From assembly GCA_040772485.1 (NCBI GenBank), contig JAXGYC010000008.1, positions 544,001-608,000 on the forward strand: a stretch of 64,000 nucleotides of DNA, read 5' to 3'. This DNA comes from Sedimentisphaerales bacterium. GTDB lineage: Bacteria > Planctomycetota > Phycisphaerae > Sedimentisphaerales > Anaerobacaceae. The notes below the pieces were generated by a model that ran no database searches, was not told the DNA's origin, and worked only from the letters and a program-made list of their open reading frames with translations. The translations under genes and the position numbers were made by a program. Below are positions 55,567 through 64,000 of the stretch, piece after piece. The first letter of the stretch is position 1; the number at the start of each line of letters is the position of its first letter.

Positions 55567-57318
55567 TCACTCGAACTGGACGTCGAGGGCGATGAATTCG
55601 ACGTTGCTGTTGCCGTTGTAGTGGTTGATCTGGGCCTCGAAGGCGACGTTGAAGAACTCCTTTTCGAGCATCTTCTTTTCGAGGTGGCCCATGCGGAATC
55701 CGACGCAGCGTGCGGCGCCGGTGTTGTCGCTGATGGTGAACTGGAGATGGTCGCTCTTGGCACCGACGCGTCGTGGCGTGGCGGCCAGCCGCACACCCTT
55801 GGCCGCGAAGACCGGCTTGGGATTGCCCTGCCCGAACGGGCCCAGCAGGTTCAGTTGCTCGACCGCCTCGCGCGTGAACTGCCTCAGCGGAGCGAGCGCA
55901 TCGATGTGGAGCTTGGCGACGACGTCGGCTTCGTGCAGGTGGTCGGCGGCGTAAGCCTCGAAGGCGGCGGCGAAGTCGTCGATCCGCTCCGGCTGGATCG
56001 TCAGGCCCGCCGCCATCGTGTGACCGCCGAACGTCGCCAAGTGGGCTGAGCAGGCCCTGATCGCGCTGAGCAGGCAGAAGCCGGGGATCGAGCGAGCCGA
56101 GCCTTGGGCGGCGCCGTTCTCGCCGGGCGCCGCGTTGATCATGACCGTGGGCCGATAGTATCTATCGACCATCCGCGACGCGACGATGCCGAGCACGCCG
56201 GTGTGCCAGCCCTCGGCGGCCAGGACGATGCTGCGCCGGTCGGGATGGTTGAGCCCCCTCTGCACGACCATGTCGCAGGCCTCCTTGACGATCTTCTTCT
56301 CGCACTGCTGGCGTTGGGTGTTCTGGTCCTTGAGGTACTCGGCGATCTGCATGGCCCGCAGGTCGTTGGTGCTGGTCATCAGCTCGACCGCCAGGCGGGC
56401 GTGGCCCATGCGTCCGGCGGCGTTGAGCATCGGCGCCAGGCGAAAGCCGATGGCGTAGCTGTCCAAGCCCTGCCCGGTCAGTCCGGCCGAGGCGATCAGC
56501 GCGCGAAGCCCACACAGCTTGCTCTCGGGCAGCGACCGCAGTCCGAAACTGGTCAGGATGCGGTTCTCGCCTCGCAGGTCAACCACGTCCGCGACGGTGC
56601 CGATGGCCGCCAGGCTGGTGGCGTTGAGCATGAACTCGCGCAGCTTCGGTTCGAGTCGCGGTCCGCGACTGAACTCATCGGCCAGCGCCCAGGCGAGCTT
56701 GTAGGCGACCATCGCTCCGGCCGAGTCCTGGTTGGGATACGACGCCTCCAGGACCGGATGCACGATGGCGACCGACTCGGGCAGCGTTGCTTCGGGCGTG
56801 TGGTGATCGGTGACGATCAGGTCCATTCCGAGCGCGTGGGCCTGGGCGGCGGCCTCGATCGCGGTGATGCCGCAATCGACCGTTACCAGCAGGTTCGTGC
56901 CGGACTGGGCCAGCGAACGCACCGCGTCGATGTTCAGGCCGTAGCCTTCGTCGATCCGATGCGGAATGTAGAAATCGACCGTCGCGCCCAGCAGCGTCAA
57001 CAGCTCCCACAGGATCGAGACGCCCGTGATGCCGTCGACGTCGTAGTCGCCGTAGAGGGTGATCTTCTGTTTGCTCTCGATGGCCTGCCGGATTCGCCGC
57101 ACCGCCGGCTCGATGCCGGGCATCTTGTCCGGGCGAATCAACTCGGTGAGCTTGGGACGAAGGAAGACGCTGCCGTCGCCGGCTTCGGTGATCCCCCGAT
57201 TGAGCAGGACCTGCGCCACCAGGGGCGAGACCCTCAGCGATTGGGCCAGCGGCGCGACCCGCTGGTCGGTCGGCCGGACCACCCATTCATTCTTCTGCGT
57301 CCTTGCGGATAACAGCAT
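55567..57318 (-). CDS. recJ: Single-stranded DNA exonuclease RecJ
   Basis: YGDYDVDG, EGYG, TVDCG, TDHH, GTVAD, NAAGR, GSARS, GGH..AAG, PFG.GN. Confidence 0.97.
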   Translation of the reverse strand: MLLSARTQKNEWVVRPTDQRVAPLAQSLRVSPLVAQVLLNRGITEAGDGSVFLRPKLTELIRPDKMPGIEPAVRRIRQAIESKQKITLYGDYDVDGITGVSILWELLTLLGATVDFYIPHRIDEGYGLNIDAVRSLAQSGTNLLVTVDCGITAIEAAAQAHALGMDLIVTDHHTPEATLPESVAIVHPVLEASYPNQDSAGAMVAYKLAWALADEFSRGPRLEPKLREFMLNATSLAAIGTVADVVDLRGENRILTSFGLRSLPESKLCGLRALIASAGLTGQGLDSYAIGFRLAPMLNAAGRMGHARLAVELMTSTNDLRAMQIAEYLKDQNTQRQQCEKKIVKEACDMVVQRGLNHPDRRSIVLAAEGWHTGVLGIVASRMVDRYYRPTVMINAAPGENGAAQGSARSIPGFCLLSAIRACSAHLATFGGHTMAAGLTIQPERIDDFAAAFEAYAADHLHEADVVAKLHIDALAPLRQFTREAVEQLNLLGPFGQGNPKPVFAAKGVRLAATPRRVGAKSDHLQFTISDNTGAARCVGFRMGHLEKKMLEKEFFNVAFEAQINHYNGNSNVEFIALDVQFE

Positions 57319-57367
57319 CTAACCCACACGCCCAACAGTCGCGATTGAAAGCGATATCCCGGCGCCC

Positions 57368-57396
57368 CTTATATCACAACGCACGTCCCCTCTCAA
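57368..57396 (-). promoter_or_regulatory. Sigma-70 promoter of recJ
   Basis: TTGAGA-17-TATAAG with an extended TG. Confidence 0.55.
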
Positions 57397-57400
57397 GCGG

Positions 57401-57428
57401 GTCGGGGCGAATGACGATTCGCCCCGAC
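57401..57428. repeat. Perfect hairpin (REP-like palindrome or terminator) after the GH2 gene
   Basis: GTCGGGGCGAAT-GACG-ATTCGCCCCGAC; no U-tract. Confidence 0.6.
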
Positions 57429-57440
57429 GAAGGCCGCGCA

Positions 57441-60689
<3,249 letters not shown>

Positions 60690-60828
60690 TCACGGCACAC
60701 GGCCAAGCGGGCCTCCGTCCGCCGCGCGTCCGCAAGGCGGACGGACCGCGGGAAAGACGCCGTTGGCCGACGTCCATGGGATCAAGGTATACCACTTCAA
60801 GGGGAATTCTGCAACCTTGCGATAGCGC

Positions 60829-60940
60829 GTGGCAGCCTCAAACGCGCAGCGTTTGGGGATGGTGGCCTTGGTGGCTCGCGGAGACCAGAAAGTGCCCAAT
60901 GCGAAACCATCCCCAAGCTCTTCGAGCTTGAGGCTGCCAC
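60829..60940. repeat. REP doublet, family A
   Basis: Forward copy 60829-60862, inverted copy 60907-60940. Confidence 0.9.
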
Positions 60941-61081
60941 ACACGGCTCTATCCACGTGCAATCAGCCTCGCCCTGAAACCTGCAAAGACTCGCCGAACC
61001 GGCGATCCGGCATCAGTGCTTCTGTTTCGGGACCTCTTCCTTTATAATTAGCCCTGAAGAGGACTTCGTTGAGGTACCGCG

Positions 61082-61813
61082 ATGGGCAGCCGTTTGAAGG
61101 ACAAGGTGGCGATCGTGACCGGGGCCAGCCGGGGCATCGGCCGGGCGATCGGCGTGGCCCTGGCCGGCGAGGGGGCGACCGTGGTCCTGGCGGGCCGGGC
61201 CGAGGCCGATCTGGGCGAGACGGCTCAGCGCATCCGCCAGGTCGGAGGCACGCCGGAAATCGTCCCCACGGAACTGACCGAAGAACAGTCCATCCAAAAC
61301 CTCGTGGCCAAGACTTCCGAGCGCTTCGGGCAGCTCGACGTCCTTGTCAACAACGCGGGTATCACGCATTCGGCGCCGCTGGAACAGACGCGGACGGAGG
61401 ACCTGGATCGCTGCTGGGCGGTCAACGCCCGGGCGCCGTTTCTGCTGTGCCGCGAGGCGCTGCCCCTGCTCCGCAAGGCCGCGCGGGCGACCATCGTCAA
61501 CATCTCCTCGGTCGTCGGGGTCAAGGGCTATCCGCTCCAGAGCGCCTACACCGCTTCGAAGCACGCCGTTCGCGGGATGAGCATCGCCCTGGCGGAAGAG
61601 CTTCGCGGCTCCGGCGTCCGCGTCCACGTGATCTGCCCGGGGGCAGCGGACACAGAAATGGTCAGCCGCGTTCGTCCTGACATCAATAAGGTTGAACTTA
61701 TCGGACCGGACGAGATCGCCGAGCTGGTGCTCTATCTCGTCACGCATCAAGGCAACGCGGTCGTCGACGAGCTGCACATCCGCCGTGCGACGGCAGCCCC
61801 CTGGTTTGGTTGA
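61082..61813 (+). CDS. Short-chain dehydrogenase/reductase
   Basis: TGASRGIG, NNAG, SS, YTASK, PG. Confidence 0.95.
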   Translation: MGSRLKDKVAIVTGASRGIGRAIGVALAGEGATVVLAGRAEADLGETAQRIRQVGGTPEIVPTELTEEQSIQNLVAKTSERFGQLDVLVNNAGITHSAPLEQTRTEDLDRCWAVNARAPFLLCREALPLLRKAARATIVNISSVVGVKGYPLQSAYTASKHAVRGMSIALAEELRGSGVRVHVICPGAADTEMVSRVRPDINKVELIGPDEIAELVLYLVTHQGNAVVDELHIRRATAAPWFG

Positions 61814-61826
61814 GAGGACAGATCGA

Positions 61827-64000
61827 ATGGTTGACAAATCGATGTGGGTGCGGGCCCTCCTGGGCGTACTGCTGGCGAGCGCCTGGGCGAGCGCCGACGA
61901 GACACAGGTCCTCTACCTCTCCGGCCAGGGCAAAGACGACCCGGTGACGTGGGAGTTCTTCTGCACCGCCGGACGCAACAGCGGCCAGTGGACCACGATC
62001 GGCGTGCCCTCGAACTGGGAGTTGCGGGGGTTCGGCTCCTACAACTACGGCAACGAACGGAGCAAGAGCGACGAGCAGGGCAAGTACCGCCGCAAGTTCA
62101 CGGTGCCCGATGCCTGGGCGGACCAGCGCGTCTTCATCGTCTTCGAGGGCGTGATGACCGATGCGGAGGTGCGGATCAACGGCCAGTCGGCCGGACCGAA
62201 ACACCAGGGAGGCTTCTACCGGTTCAAGTATGAGATCACCGACCTGATCAAGCTGGGGGAGAATCTGCTGGAGGTGGATGTCAGCAAGGTTTCGGCCGAC
62301 GCCAGCGTCGAGCAGGCCGAGCGGCAGGGCGACTATTGGGTCTTCGGCGGCATCTACCGGCCCGTCTATCTCGAGGCGGTCCCCGAGACGTTCATCGAGT
62401 CCATCGCCATCGACGCGCGAGCCGACAGTTCGTTCCGGGCGGTCGTGAACCTCCAGGGGATCGGCCCGGATGATGCTGTCAAGGCCACGATTATCGGCCG
62501 CAACAACAGCCCCATCGGCGGGGTTGTCACTCTTGCGGCCCCGCTCGAAGACGGCCAGACCACTGCATCGCTGACGGGCAAGGCGATCGGCATCGAGCGT
62601 TGGACCGCTGAGACGCCCGCCCTTTACGACATGGAGATCAGTCTGACCAGAGGGCGCCAGATCGTCCATACGGTGACGCAGACGTTCGGCTTCCGCACGT
62701 TCGAGGTCCGCCCGGGCGACGGGCTGTACCTCAACGGGCAGAAGATCCGCCTCAAGGGCGTCTGCCGGCACAGCTTCTGGCCCGACTCGGGCCGGTGCCT
62801 CAGCCGGCAGATCAGCTACGACGACGTGCGCCTGATCCAGTCGATGAACATGAACGCGGTGCGCATGTCGCACTATCCGCCCGATCCGCATTTCCTCGAA
62901 GCGTGCGACGAGCTGGGCCTGTACGTGCTCGACGAGCTGGCCGGCTGGCAGAAGCCGCCTTACGACACCGAAATCGGCAAGAAGCTGGTCCGCCAGATGG
63001 TCACGCGCGACGTGTGCCATCCCTGCGTCCTGTTCTGGGACAACGGCAACGAGGGGGGCTGGAACCGCGAGCTCGACGACCAGTTCGCACTGTACGATCC
63101 GCAGAAGCGGACGGTCCTGCACCCGTGGGAGAACTTCAACGGCATCGACACCGACCACTACGAGAGCTACGAAAGCACGCTGCGAAAGCTCTCCGGCTCG
63201 ACGCTGTTCCTGCCGACGGAATTCCTGCACGGCCTCTACGACGGCGGCCACGGGGCCGGGTTGAACGACTACTGGAAGGCCACGGTCGGCTCGCCGATGG
63301 GCGCCGGCGGCTTCCTCTGGGCCCTGGTCGACGAGGGCGTCGTCCGGACGGACCGGGACGGCGCGATCGACGTGGCCGGCAATCAGGCCCCCGACGGGAT
63401 CGTCGGCCCTTATCGCCAGAAGGAGGCGAGCTTCTATACGATCAAGGAGATATGGTCGCCGATCCAGATCGCGCTGGAGAAACTGCCGCCCGATTTCGAC
63501 GGCCGGCTGGAGGTGGAGAACAGCTACGATTTCACGAACCTGCGCGACTGCCGGTTCGAGATCCGCCTCGCCGAGTTCCCCGGGCCGGATGGGCGCGGCG
63601 AGGGGCACGAAACGCTCTTTAGCCGCACGTTCGACGGCCCCGATGTACCCGCCCACGGCCGGGGCGCGCTGGACCTTGGCTTGCCGGCCAACTGGACGCA
63701 GGCCGACGTCTTGTACCTGACGGCCTTCGACCCCGACGGCCACGAGGTCTGGACGTGGTCCTGGTCGGTGCAGGACCGGGACTACTACCGCGACCGGTAC
63801 GTCGCGATACGGGCCGACGAGGCCCCGCGCGTCGAAATCAGCGGCGCAACCAACGAAATCCACGTGCAGGCGGGCCCCCTGGTCCTGGCCTTCACGGGCA
63901 ACAGCGGCCAGCTCGCCTCCGTCACCCTGGCGGGCAAGCCGATCGAGTTCGGACTCGGGCCCAGGCTGATCGGCGGAACTGCCGAACCCGCGAAGGTGTC
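61827..64000 (+). CDS. Secreted GH2 glycoside hydrolase, partial (runs off the right edge)
   Basis: Manual translation: MVDKSMWVRALLGVLLASAWASA signal, VPSNWE, FEGVMT, DYW.FGGIYR, VRMSHYP, WDNGNEGG, PTEFLHG. Not in the ORF track (no stop in the window). Confidence 0.9.
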   Translation, partial: MVDKSMWVRALLGVLLASAWASADETQVLYLSGQGKDDPVTWEFFCTAGRNSGQWTTIGVPSNWELRGFGSYNYGNERSKSDEQGKYRRKFTVPDAWADQRVFIVFEGVMTDAEVRINGQSAGPKHQGGFYRFKYEITDLIKLGENLLEVDVSKVSADASVEQAERQGDYWVFGGIYRPVYLEAVPETFIESIAIDARADSSFRAVVNLQGIGPDDAVKATIIGRNNSPIGGVVTLAAPLEDGQTTASLTGKAIGIERWTAETPALYDMEISLTRGRQIVHTVTQTFGFRTFEVRPGDGLYLNGQKIRLKGVCRHSFWPDSGRCLSRQISYDDVRLIQSMNMNAVRMSHYPPDPHFLEACDELGLYVLDELAGWQKPPYDTEIGKKLVRQMVTRDVCHPCVLFWDNGNEGGWNRELDDQFALYDPQKRTVLHPWENFNGIDTDHYESYESTLRKLSGSTLFLPTEFLHGLYDGGHGAGLNDYWKATVGSPMGAGGFLWALVDEGVVRTDRDGAIDVAGNQAPDGIVGPYRQKEASFYTIKEIWSPIQIALEKLPPDFDGRLEVENSYDFTNLRDCRFEIRLAEFPGPDGRGEGHETLFSRTFDGPDVPAHGRGALDLGLPANWTQADVLYLTAFDPDGHEVWTWSWSVQDRDYYRDRYVAIRADEAPRVEISGATNEIHVQAGPLVLAFTGNSGQLASVTLAGKPIEFGLGPRLIGGTAEPAKV

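Overview
GC-rich bacterial chromosomal window. A Planctomycetota (Phycisphaerae-like) origin is inferred, not proven, from the Tat-exported hydrolases, the beta-helix protein with an EF-hand/dockerin-like tail and the overall gene content. It contains housekeeping genes (groES-groEL, thrC, nadE, ftsK, rlmN, murE-murF-mraY, recJ, a sirtuin, MalY/PatB), many secreted glycoside hydrolases and related enzymes, a methanogen-type three-gene homocysteine/sulfide-assimilation operon, an ABC-F protein with a 3-codon leader ORF, and two MNT-HEPN pairs. I saw no rRNA, tRNA, CRISPR array, integrase or transposase. The most striking unexplained structure is non-coding: at least three families of small palindromic REP/REPIN-like elements. 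One complete 78-bp doublet sits in frame inside a gene, and a direct-repeat pair brackets a compositionally atypical gene. A ~2-kb insertion is bounded by a diverged duplicate of the thrC 3' end and carries gene and intron scars. A sigma-54 promoter architecture precedes a receiver-domain gene and groESL, and one small ORF has a classical C2H2 zinc-finger spacing. Family assignments come from motif recognition by eye and need HMM confirmation. Start codons were adjusted from the ORF track where RBS or promoter context supported it.
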